This document shows, piece after piece, positions 10,967 through 22,232 of a stretch of 64,000 bases of DNA. The notes under the pieces were generated by a model. It did no database searches and had not been told where the DNA came from. It saw only the letters and a program-made list of their open reading frames with translations. Made by a program: the position numbers and the translations under genes. The number at the start of each line of letters is the position of its first letter. The stretch's first letter is position 1. This DNA comes from Klebsormidium nitens (taxonomy: Eukaryota; Plantae; Klebsormidiophyceae), in contig DF236986.1 of NCBI GenBank assembly GCA_000708835.1, positions 1-64,000 of the forward strand, written 5' to 3'.

Positions 10967-13900
10967 CTATGCGTCGTCCCTATGTTCACTTGGTCCGATC
11001 CAATCCGGCGGTCCTGGAGGCTCGTCAACCATGACGCCTTCTACGAATGTATATGTACCCTCCGAAGTCTCCCCTTCCCCCTCGTCTTCTTCAGGCCAGC
11101 CCGCCAAATGGTGGTCTCCTGCATCGGCTCCGTCGATGTGTTGGTGGAACCCCAGCCCACCTACGGCTGAGTGATTTGACACGGCGGGGCCTTCCGTTCC
11201 GTGCGGCAGCGACGGCGGTTGCCCGGTCTGCTGGGACCCCGAGGCGCCCGTGTGGTCTCCGTTGAGGAGACGCGAGAGAAGAGACTCGACTTGGATGGCG
11301 GTGGCGTCGCGGTTGTTCTTGTTCAATGTTAGGACAGCTGCAGGGATAGATACACAAAAGGTTTTAATCTTCTCAACACCCAACCCAGCACGTGACTGTG
11401 TTCATGTAAAGAACAAGAAAGTCAGGACTTCCCGGCCGTCTGTCCACGTACTAGCTCCAGCCGCAGAGAGTCGACGGCAAAATGCAAGCAATCTGCTTTC
11501 GTGGCAGCCTGATCACGCGAACTGATCAAAGGAGCGAGCAGCCGAGCAATCAATCATAAAGCCAATCTTCTTCTCGTGCTGTATCACGCCTACGCTGCTC
11601 TTCCGTTGGAGCCGACTCCAACCACGAACTTGCTGATCAAGCAATAACACGCAGGATCAGACAGACAGGCAGCGATAGACAAACTTTGTAACCATACCTG
11701 TGTCGGGCCGCTGCTTGATGTCCTCGACGAAGTCGATCGTATGCCGGTACCGAGGGGCAGGGAGGGAGCCGAACACCTGAGCGCGAAATGGGGAAAACGA
11801 ATCACTTATAGCGGCCAGCCGCTGTAGCAACAAGCGCATCAAATCTTTCATCCCTGTGCATTGTGTGGCAGAAGCCCAGGCGAATGAGAAGCTGGGGCTA
11901 CTTATGCCCAAACGGACGTTCTCAGTGAGTCACGCTTCCGGGAACGTAAAGCTGCGAATCTGATTATATTGAAAAGAAGAGAATTCCAAGCACCACAGCC
12001 TCGCCTTACTGTGTATGACACTTGCTCGGGCACCAGGATTTGGAAGCGCTCTGGCTGCATAATCAGAATTGTGTCTTCAATCTCTTTCCTATGCGGAAAG
12101 AGGTCAGACGAAACGAACAACTATGGGGCAGATTCAAAATTGAGCACTTACCACTGTGTCCGGGGAAGCAAGGAGAGCTGTGACGGCGTCCTGGAATGGT
12201 CGGCTGCACAGCTCCAACCGGCCGACCTGTGCAGACAGAAAAAGAAAAGCTCGAAAAGAGTAAAGAGCACAACTAGATGTGGATCACAAGCAGCGGTGGA
12301 TAAAACTTTGTAACGGCTGAATCGTGTGCCGCAACAGGAGTGGGTTCGGTGGGCACCGAAATTTCCATCGTCAAAAATCTAGATGACTGGTGCAGCTACG
12401 ACGGTGACTACTTTCGAATCGGACGAAATACGCGACAGTGAATCGCGTAAAGCTAGCTCTAACCCGAGCACGCTGAGTTTCAAACGCAACAATCTGTCTC
12501 CTACCAGTCCAAGGGGCAACAAGCCAGGTGAAATTGACGGGTCAACGCCCGCAAATACAATAGAAGGTAACACTGACACGTAAGGTTAAGTTGCAAAGTA
12601 GGAAGGAGAGCAATGCCTTGAAATGGAAGTCTCGTTGACCAGACCAAGCAGGACGTCCGATGACTTTTCTATCTACCATTGGAGACCGCTCAGAACACTC
12701 CCTCTGTTGACCACCCGGTGAGGCGCTCGTAACAAATGACATTGATTACATTCTTAAAACTAGACGTTACTCACCTCGTCGATGACGTGGAGTTTGATGT
12801 TCGGGCTGGGCGTGAGGGTTGGCATCACGACCTTCTCAAATTCGTCGAGCGCAACGTAAAACTTCCCGACCTGCGCGAGTAGCACGGCCCAAACGGACGA
12901 GCGTCTGGTAAGATGAGGTGTTTGGAAGAACGAGTAGGATTATTCGAAGGCCCAGGACGAATTGCCACACAAGCACGCAGTTTCCCCTCCGTCTGCATTT
13001 CACGTGTCTTTCCGGAAGCCGCCTTGCGAAGTGCATGGCAGAGAGTGACTGCCTGGACGCTAAAATTCCATTGAGCATGAAAGAGTGCGTAGAATTCGAT
13101 GTTGTCACGAGGAAGGCAACCTTTCGTTTCCGTACACAGATGCATCTGAAGCGACATCAAAACGCGACTGGTGACTGGTGACAGGCAAGGTCTTGCTTTG
13201 CGGTTCTTACGAATCTGGTGACGCTTCAGCCAGGTAGCCTGTCATACAGTCGTCGCATGCTGGCCCAGACAACATGCCTTCGTCCAAAGTCGTCATGACT
13301 TTGTTTCACAGAATATGTGAGGATATCTGATCGGAAAACGACTGTCTCTTACCTTCTCTACACGATTCCCCTGCCACTTCTTCACTCGGCATAGTGGGGC
13401 CGTTTCTCCGGTCAATGTGACTGCCACACAATTAGGGCACGCTCAGTACATCGAAAGCATAACTCTCGTCGAACCGAATGGAAGGCAGCTGCTACATACA
13501 AAGTCCAGCGGAAGTGCCAACTCGGGTCGAGCAGAGAACATATAAGGATTGCCAACCAACAGACCACTTGCAAGCATTCTGCCGATCTGCGAGTGGAGCA
13601 CGTGCAAGCTGAGAAATGATTGACGAAAAAGCGCAAGGAACTCTCTGGGAGCTGTAGCGACACACACCGACGTCATACCCAATCTTCTCATTGGTTTCGG
13701 GGGACCGCGCCTCTACGGTGTAGAATCCAGCAATGAGGTGCTGGGGCAACTTCCCAGCAACGTTCAGCACCAGCCTGCAAATGAAGGCATGAGCTGCCGT
13801 TTGTGTTGTTGACAGCGACAATTCTGGCGCATGTTCCATCGAAGATAAGGATTGCCTTTATGTTGTGAAACTCCTGCAGAATGAATGTGTCTATCTGCTG

Positions 13901-14319
13901 CCTATATAGTTGGTGCAAGGAAGCTGCCAATGTTTGCCACTCAGTGATGCTATTCCGGATTTCTAAGTCCTTCTTGTCAACTGTTGATAATTCCACTACA
14001 ATCAAGCTATGTGGCCTGCTGGATCCGGTTGTGAATTGTTCCACCAGCAAATCCATAGATGACCAGACTATTCATCTACAGAGCCGTCAAAGAAGAAGGT
14101 GCTACCCTTCCCTTGAAATTCTCGTATCTTCCAACCAGACAACCATGTACAATTTTAGATTATGACAATCGCAGTCAATAGAGGACAATTGCTTGACAGC
14201 AGAAGCAAGTCTTACACTTGGAACGAGCACACTTACGAGGTCTTTCCAACCCCAGGCTGTCCTGTGACAAAGACATTCACGTTCGTTGAGCCAGCGGGCG
14301 GCAGCACCACTTCGCTCAT
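10967..14319 (-). CDS. NTPCR: NTPCR/THEP1-family nucleoside triphosphatase with an acidic C-terminal extension
   Basis: Spliced: MSEVVLPPAGSTNVNVFVTGQPGVGKTS (Walker A) / LVLNVAGKLPQHLIAGFYTVEARSPETNEKIGYDV / ... / VGKFYVALDEFEKVVMPTLTPSPNIKLHVIDE (Walker B) / VGRLELCSRPFQDAVTALLASPDTV / VFGSLPAPRYRHTIDFVEDIKQRPDT / AVLTLNKNNRD. One middle exon near 13100-13300 is uncertain. Confidence 0.87.
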
Positions 14320-16062
14320 CAGGCTCCAGTAGCAGCAGCTGGAGGCTGCCTCTCCAGCTTGGTGGATGAGCCCTCCAACGCTGGCTCAACTTCTTCCCTC
14401 TCTAGTTCACAGCTCCAGCTTGAAGCAGAACGCTCGTTTGCTACGGACAATTAGAGCCGTAGCCGACTGTGCTCAACCATTGAGGGGGTTTGGGAGGCGA
14501 GGTTCTGCTGCGGCAGCTACAAAGAAGGATGGAGCTTTACCTGTATGCAACGAGAATGGAATGAGGCTTCTAACAGTTGCAAGAGATACTCAAAAAGCCA
14601 GAATCGCTCTCCGCTTTCTTGCAGGAGACTCCATGTGGATACTGTTGGTATTCAGAGAAAAGTAAGGTCAAGGATTTCAATCGCCAGCCTCGCCTAAAGT
14701 TGTGTTCTCAGCAGCACAAGCAAAGGTTGTGCTGGGGACAGTAGCTACCGGATCGCTTGTGCTTGCCAATTCTGCATATGAAATGCTTGGACTGTCAGGA
14801 GCTTTCTGTTGAGGGAGGGCTGGATCTCCATATCAATACATCAATAAGAACGAGCCTTACAGCCGTACAGCCTCTTCCCCCAAGTTGCTACCTTCAAGCC
14901 ATGTTTCCCTTCATCACTCCACTTGACAGAGTTACAGCGTTTTATTCAAATTGAGAGTGAGTGTTCATCGCTTCTGGTTCTCAACACTTGTCTACTACCA
15001 TGGAGTCGATTCCATTGGTGGTGTTTGTTCAGATATGCAGAAGATTGATTAGTTCCAAGCGACTTTCGCGCTGAATACCTCCTCGATGCTCCATCAGATG
15101 GTGCATCGAGCCCAAGCTAATCAAGAATGATGATGCAGGTCTATAAATGACGAACTCACACATGGTTCTCCCATCGTGAACTTTGATAAAGTAGAATGGT
15201 ATCATTTTGGTTCAAAAACTTTGAATGGATTGCACCACTTTCTTAGCGGCTTAAGAGAAACCCTTGACAACATCTTCTAGGAAATTGTCGACATTTCAAA
15301 GCTTCAACAAGCAAGCTTCATTGTGAAAGTGCCAGCTTTCAAGATCTCTCAGGTGATTGTAATGCTGATCAGGTTTTTCAACCATTCAGAACTTGGAAGC
15401 AAACGGCACTCACCAGTATTTTGGTTGCAGAATATATGTGCCACAACCACGAACGCTGTAGAGAAGTTGCTTTGACAGCCTTTGATAGTTGCAACAGAGC
15501 ATTGATTCCAATGGATCTCTAGAACATTCCGCGACCCCCCCGGCTCAGCAAATTGCTCCTTGCTCAGGAACGAATAAAGAGCTATGTCCTTACTTCCCAA
15601 AGATGAGTCTTATCTAACATCAGCAACATTGTGCAGCCGCCTCTGATCTCAATCTGCAATTGCTTGCGCTCACAAAAGCCTGGAAAGACGAGAGAAAGCT
15701 GGCCCCCAAACAAAACTTCTAAGTTTCAGAACTTTTCACGACATTTTGTCCAGTCATGCTATGCAGTGCATGTGCGGAGCGCGCGCGCCGTCAGAACATT
15801 GCGGTATGGGGGGTTCGCTTCTGAGTCGGCTCTCGGGAAAACTTTGCACCCCCCCGGGAAGCGATTCCGTTGAATGCAAAATGTGCAATGATATGGTGAG
15901 CCTTGCATCATGCACTCCCTCATCATTGCTAGGCATCAAAGGAAGGGAGCAGCCGGCCCGCATTGCATTGGAAGTTGAACGGCATTGCTCTTTTGAGCTC
16001 ACTCGGTTGGGACAAGTTACTAATAGTTTTACAGGAAGCCGCTCCCATCTTCTGCTCTGGCA

Positions 16063-19000
16063 TTGAAGGAGGGCTTGCCAAGTTGGAAACAAGCGGTCTT
16101 CGGACAGATGCCAAGTGGTACGTGTCTGAGGGGACTGACAGGAAATGCACCACCCCTTCATCGCGCACCGAGCGGCGCACACCGCTCAAATTACCACATT
16201 GCAGGAGCCAATGCATCAGAAGGCGGTCTGCTAAGAGCCGCCACTCATTCTGCAGGAATCAGATCCAGCATTGCGTCTAAAAGCACAATTGTCAGGTCAC
16301 GGCGGTCGTTCTTTGTCTCACAACCGCAGAGCACAAGTAGTGCACATTTATTGAATTTTAAGCAATATTCAGGTTTTTGTCCTCCTCATCCATCCAGTGC
16401 CCCCTTACGCATAACCACTAGTGCCATAGATCTTTCCACCGGCGTTGCTCAGTCCATAGAGCAGCGAAGCTTAGAATCAGAGCAATCAAATCGCTCGATG
16501 GCAGAAGTAGATACAGATGAGGCCGAAAGCAGCCCCCATAACGAGCCCTTTGCAGATTACATATCAGATGCTGTGGACAAGTTGAGGCCGCAGTTCGAGC
16601 AGGTAGACCGGACGGTGGCTGTAAATCTGCGGAGAGTCCTAGACGCATACCGAGAGGCGCGAGTGGGGTCGCACCATCTGACTGGCGCAACGGGCTACGG
16701 GCACAATGACGCTGGGGGAAGAGAGGCGTTAGACACGTGAGCTTGGTTTGTGTATAAGATGACCCGCACAAACACTGAGCAAGCTTGATTCTCTGAATCC
16801 GTCCGGGGGCTAACGTTGGCTTTTGTGGTAGTCAAAACGGGCTTAGACTACACCTCAATGAGCTGGAAGAGTGGTGCACTGTCAAACTGGACAAATGGCC
16901 AAGCTTTCTTTTCTACCCACTTGTTACATCATGTTGCGTACGAAGCGTCCTGGTTCTAGTAGCTGTCGCGCGCGCAGGGATTGGTGCTGGTCTCGGTGTG
17001 GCAACTTCTTCCTTCCACTGCCACTGATGTGAGAGAACCTTCCCGCATGACTCTAGTACAGTACTCTCGGGCAAGGTCTCCTTTCGTCGTAAAGGGCCTC
17101 ATCTGGGGCTGGTTAGCAGGTGATTGAGAAGTGTGGGAACGTGGTTAAAAAGTGACGCGGCTTTGCTTGCAGGGCCTTTGCACGAATTGTGGGGGCGGAG
17201 GCTGCCATCGTGCGGTCACAATTCTTCTCTGGGACTCATGCAATTGCTGCGGCGCTGTTTGCGGTCCTGAGGCCTGGGGATGAGCTCCTAGCCGTGGCAG
17301 GTCAGTGAATGCTTTCGCGCATTGTGCGCCTTTTTCGTTTGTTTGGCAGGACTGTACTGCTGTTTGTCTCGAGGTTTTCGATGGCAATATTTGCGCACTT
17401 GAAGAAGAAGCAGATGTCTTCCTCCTCCTTGTTCTGGTCATGACGCATGCGGAAGTTTGAGACCACTGTTCGTCCTACGTCGCTGGCGAAGATAATCTGG
17501 TCAGGATGTTTGCAACGAAAGAAAGTCTGCTCATAGCGGTGACACGCCCCCTGTTACTAACCGAACTTTCCAATGTAGCTCTTATCTTTCTCCCCGCTAG
17601 TTCCCAGGTGGCCCTTAAGACAGCCTCGAGGAAGTGGTCGACCTGCCGGCACACGGCCACACAGCTCACGTCCACAATATGTAGCGGCCAAACGCCCCTT
17701 CCACGAAGATTAGCTCCCGAATTGTGCCCCGCTCTACTTCGCAGGTGCCCTTACGACAAATTTGAAGATGTGATCGGCCTGCGCGGCCCGCCCGCTCATG
17801 GGCCCTCGCCGAGTTCGGCGTTTCGTACGGAGTGCTTCCACTTAGTCCCTGAGGGAGAGCTCAATCTTGCCCGCTCGTTTCATTCACGAGCTGCCAATCA
17901 GCTCCCAAGTTTCGCCCCATCCTAGTTTCCAGGTGCCTTACGACACCCTCAAAGAAGTGATGTACCTCCCCAGCACACTTCGCTATCATCTCAACCGCCT
18001 CCTCCTTTCTCGCATTGAACAGATGCCCCCCTCGCCACTAACTTACAGAATCCATCCCTGATTCTCGCCCCACTCTGCTTTCCAGGTGCCCCTTACGACA
18101 CCCTCGAAGAAGTGATCGGGCTGCGCGGCACGCCCGGCCACGGATCCCTGGCAGAGTTCGGCGTCTCGTACCGGGTGCTTCCGCTTACCCCCGGGGAAAA
18201 GCTGGATTTCGCCGCCCTCGAAACGGCGGTCGGAAGCGGGACGAAGTGCGCGCTGATCCAGCGGTCGTGCGGGTATTCATGGCGGGAAACGTTGACAATG
18301 GAGGAGATCGAACGGGCGGTGAACATTATCAAGCGGCAGAATCCGAAGTGTGCGGTGGTCGTGGATAATTGCTATGGGGAGTTTGTGGATATAAAGGAAC
18401 CGACGGCGGGTGAGTCGGCTCTTTACATGCGTGCGACTCTGAAACGAAGAACGTTTAGGGCGGGCCGGACTCCAGCATTGAATCTGTGTAGCCTTCAGAG
18501 CTTCGAGACCTGGGCCAAGGGGCTGACCTACCGGGGGGGATCCCAGTACGACACTGACGCGAGATAAGCAGAGACTTTCGTCTTTCTGGCGACTAATTTG
18601 ACCGCTCCAATATTGGACCTGAGCACGAACTCAACTTGCGATCCCTTGCCCTTCCAACCCAAACCAAACGGGTTCATGTATCTGTTTCCAGCGAACGGTC
18701 TTCGTCTGCTCTGCAGTTGGCGCCGACTTGATTGCCGGAAGCTTGATCAAGAACCCCGGGGGTTCGATCGCGCCGGGAGGGGGCTACGTGGCAGGGCGAG
18801 AGGACCTTGTCGACGCGGCCGCTGCCCGGTTGAGTGCCCCGGGCATCGGTCGGGACGCCGGAGCGACGCCCTCGTCCGTGCAGAGGCTCATGCTACAGGT
18901 GGGACGGCAAAGTTCCGCAAAGCGGGCACAAGATTCTGTAACGACAGTCGGCATTGTTGAGCAGACTCCCCAACGCTTGCGACTGGTCAGAAAGCCTTTT

Positions 19001-20138
19001 CTCTGGTTTGCCCACTCGGGTGATCTGCGAAGGGTCGGACGAGGTTCCCGTCTCTAGTTTTCAAAGAGGATTGTAGCAATGCAGAGCCCAGTCCTCCCAA
19101 TCCATTTCCAGACCCCTTCCTGCGCATGCTGGGAGGATTCCATTGAAGCCTTGGGGACACTCCCTTTTGAGGAGAACTTTTGGCCTGCAGCCCAAGGTCT
19201 GTGCGGGGCGCAATTAAGCTAGCTGAAAGTACCTAGAAGGGTTTCGTTTAGACAAACGTCTTTCCTGGCAGGGTCTCTTTCTGGCGCCCCCGTTTTTGAC
19301 ACCTGTCCTCCCCGCAGGGCCTGTTTCTGGCGCCCCAAATGGTCGGCAGACCGTTCATTTGTGGCTCGTGCCCTTCTTGCAGGGCCCTTATTTCGAAATC
19401 CCATGACACGTGTCGTCCTCGCAGGGCCTGTTTCTGGCGCCCCAGATCGTGGGCGAGGCCGTCAAGAGCTCCTTGCTGCTCGCGGAGGTTCTGAGCGCGG
19501 AGGGCTTCGCTACAAAACCTGCCCCGCGCGCGCGTCGGCATGACATCATCCAGGCGGTGCAACTGGGCAGCCGGGAAAAGCTGCTGGCCTTCTGCCAAGC
19601 GGTACAGACCATGTGCCCGGTCGGTGCGTACATTCGGCCCACGGCGGGGGCGACCGCAGGTGGGGTTCGAGAGCTTTTAGATCGCCTGAAATTTTGGAAA
19701 GAAGCTGCTTGATATCTTTTTGTGGTATGACCGCGTATGTAGCTGGAGGTAGCTGCGAAGAAGACTTGTTTCAGAGCGCCAGCAAGATGTAATTCAGAGC
19801 GCCACCGAGAGGCGAGAGTTTGACATTGCTTGGAAAACGCACCGCTGATCAATAAGGCTTGTGCTGGCTGTTGATGACGGTGTTTTCGAGCAGCGAGCTT
19901 CGTGCGTTCAAATATTGCACGATGTTTCTCAAACAAGCCCTCACGTTCTTATGCAGGGTATGAATCCGAGGTGGTCTTCGCCGACGGGACGTTTATCGAT
20001 GGAAGCACGATAGAACTATCTTGCGATGGTCCTCTACGAGAACCGTTCGTTGTCTACTGTCAGGGTGGCACTCACTGGACACATTGGGCCATAGCCTTGG
20101 AGGCTGCCGTGACAGCAATGAGGGCACTGGGTCGATAG
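16063..20138 (+). CDS. YnbB-type PLP-dependent lyase (cystathionine beta-lyase / 'aluminium resistance' family), probably organelle-targeted
   Basis: Exons: HHLTGATGYGHNDAGGREALDT / AFARIVGAEAAIVRSQFFSGTHAIAAALFAVLRPGDELL / GAPYDTLEEVIGLRG...VVVDNCYGEFV / GADLIAGSLIKNPGG (PLP lysine) / GLFLAPQIVGEAVK / GYESEVVFADGTFIDGSTIELSCDGPLREP...GGTHW*. The true start is uncertain: ATG at 16498, with an upstream Ser/Arg-rich open frame and a possible first exon near 15770. Confidence 0.9.
17603..17961 (+). repeat. Three decayed copies of the acceptor plus start of the YnbB exon at 18086
   Basis: Copies at ~17603, ~17741 and ~17928. Example: ccaggtggcccttaagacagcctcgaggaagtggtcg vs real ccaggtgccccttacgacaccctcgaagaagtgatcg, 32/37 by hand count. 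Confidence 0.9.
19268..19402 (+). repeat. Three decayed copies of the acceptor plus start of the YnbB exon at 19425
   Basis: gcagggtctctttctggcgcccc (19268), gcagggcctgtttctggcgccccaaatggtcggc (19314) and gcagggcccttatttc (19379) vs real gcagggcctgtttctggcgccccagatcgtgggc. Confidence 0.88.
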
Positions 20139-20785
20139 CTATGCTTTCAGTTTAAGGATGGGGAGAGTTTGCAATGCGTTCCGCATCAAACCGGTCCGAG
20201 TATTGTGGCCGCAGGTGTACCGCCCTCGGGGGGCAGCATACATTTTGAGCGAGCTGCAGCGATCGTATAGAGCACTGAGCGAATATCGCCGCAGCTCAGG
20301 AGGTGAACTTATTTAACGCATGCCGCCCACCAATGATGCCGGTTTATTTGGGTATTCGAACTAACTGAATGGGTTGTACGATCTCAAAGCGTACAAAAAA
20401 CTATACAGTCTCATTCCTGATGCAGGATCAATTTCTGGCCAGCCCGTCATGCAGAAATCTGGCACTGTGTGGCCGATGCGGACGGTTCTTCACAAGGCCT
20501 CGCGCTGCATGGCCGACCATCACATGGACATGCATGTTGAATTGCCGATTGAAATGAATGATCTAGCTCCGACACATGTGTGCCAACGGCGTATATGTAC
20601 GTTGGCGGCCGCATATGTTGCCCGCGGGAAAGGCCGTGCGCCAGTGCTGCATGCACATATATGTGTGGGTTCACGCGTACACGTTTGGCCAGCATGCATG
20701 ATTCGAATTGCTGGTCGGAAAATTAATGTAATATAGTATCGCCACGCCGTGCGCCAGCTGCAGGCTGGTTGGCGGCTTTCATGCA

Positions 20786-21066
20786 CATCACGGGACCGCT
20801 ACGGTGCAAAATCGGTCCGCGGCAATTTCCGCGGTGCTTATAAATTCCGGTGGTCGGGGCCCGCACAATCGCGACGGTACGAAACTCGGGCAAAAAGCTC
20901 CGCATTACGGGCCGATTTGCTGCCGAGGGCGATTTTGGCCGCACCCGGAACTCGGGCAGAGGGCCCGCACGGCAAATTTGAATTGGTACGGCGCCCGGGA
21001 CAATTTTCCGCGCCGTAGCCCGGTAAACCGCCCGCCACCAATATGCACCGTAGCGGTCCCGTGATG
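20786..21066. mobile_element. MITE-like element with perfect 23-bp terminal inverted repeats
   Basis: catcacgggaccgctacggtgca (20786-20808) is the exact reverse complement of tgcaccgtagcggtcccgtgatg (21044-21066). The interior is non-coding and contains a repeated aactcgggca. The target-site duplication is ambiguous. Confidence 0.65.
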
Positions 21067-22232
21067 GAGAATCATAGTAGTGCACCAGCCCTTATATTTG
21101 AATTCATCTGGATGGATTCCGCTCAAGCCAGCATGCGTGAATGTCCATCATTACAATCGCCCTTCAACTTGTATCATGCAGATGCAAGGCAATCTTTGAG
21201 TCACCGTGGAGAGGTCGGGACTATCATGAATGGTCTATCATTACCACTGCACACCAAAGACATGATGCACGACCAACCATACAGTGGATAACCACGACCG
21301 GGCAGAGAGTACTGCTTCGAAAATTATCGTGGCAATCTTCTGTAAATTTGTTATAGACTTGACATCTGACCTAGAGCTGTGCTCATAAGGCCTTGCTTAT
21401 CAAATCTGACATTGATTTTGCACAGACGTAAGTATGATTAGACTGAAGCACGATGTGTTTTAGTTTGAGGCAACAATATTGCCATTGTTTAGAGGCCGCA
21501 TATTTCGATATTGCCGGGGGCTTTGTCATTCATAAGAGGTTGACCTCCACCCGGTCGTGCCCGGGAGTAAGAAGGGGCAGCCCCGGGAGGCCTGCATAGT
21601 GATCCACGACAGCCGCCGGTGGCCGGTTCCTATATACAGTTACCGAAGCCCTTCCCGGCACGGTATTGTTTAGATGTCTCAGCCTTCCATTTCAGCCTTC
21701 TTAATTGTGCAGGGGCTAGCTAGCCAGAAGGGAAGCCTCAAGTTAACCGTCAGCCTGACTGGATTTGGTCCATGGATGTCAAAGGGGTGCGCCATTGTGA
21801 TTGGCTCGATTCACGTGCCCGGTCCAAATCGTCGATAGGAGCACGCGTACGGCTGCATGTCGATTCTTGGCGAGAAGCGATCCCGCCGCGCGCCCTCGGG
21901 AACCCTTGCCAACCGATTCTCTGCCGACTATTCCTTTTGAAGCGTTCTTGATGGTTTGACACAGCTATGCCATTTGCAGCTCAGCAAAGGAGAAACAACA
22001 AAATCAAAGAGCGTTTTGGTACCCAATGACAGCGGAGATTGGACTATGTCATAGCAGATTGAGCATTGGAAGATAAATCCAGGTTGCGTCCAAAACTCCG
22101 GCCATCAGAATGTTAAGCCAGAGGCCCTTTATGTGTACAAGCTCTTGCATGTGATTCACAATCAAAAGACTACCGCCAAATCTAAAGACTGATTATGTGG
22201 AAGTACGACGATTTTTGAGCTCTAAGATTTGA

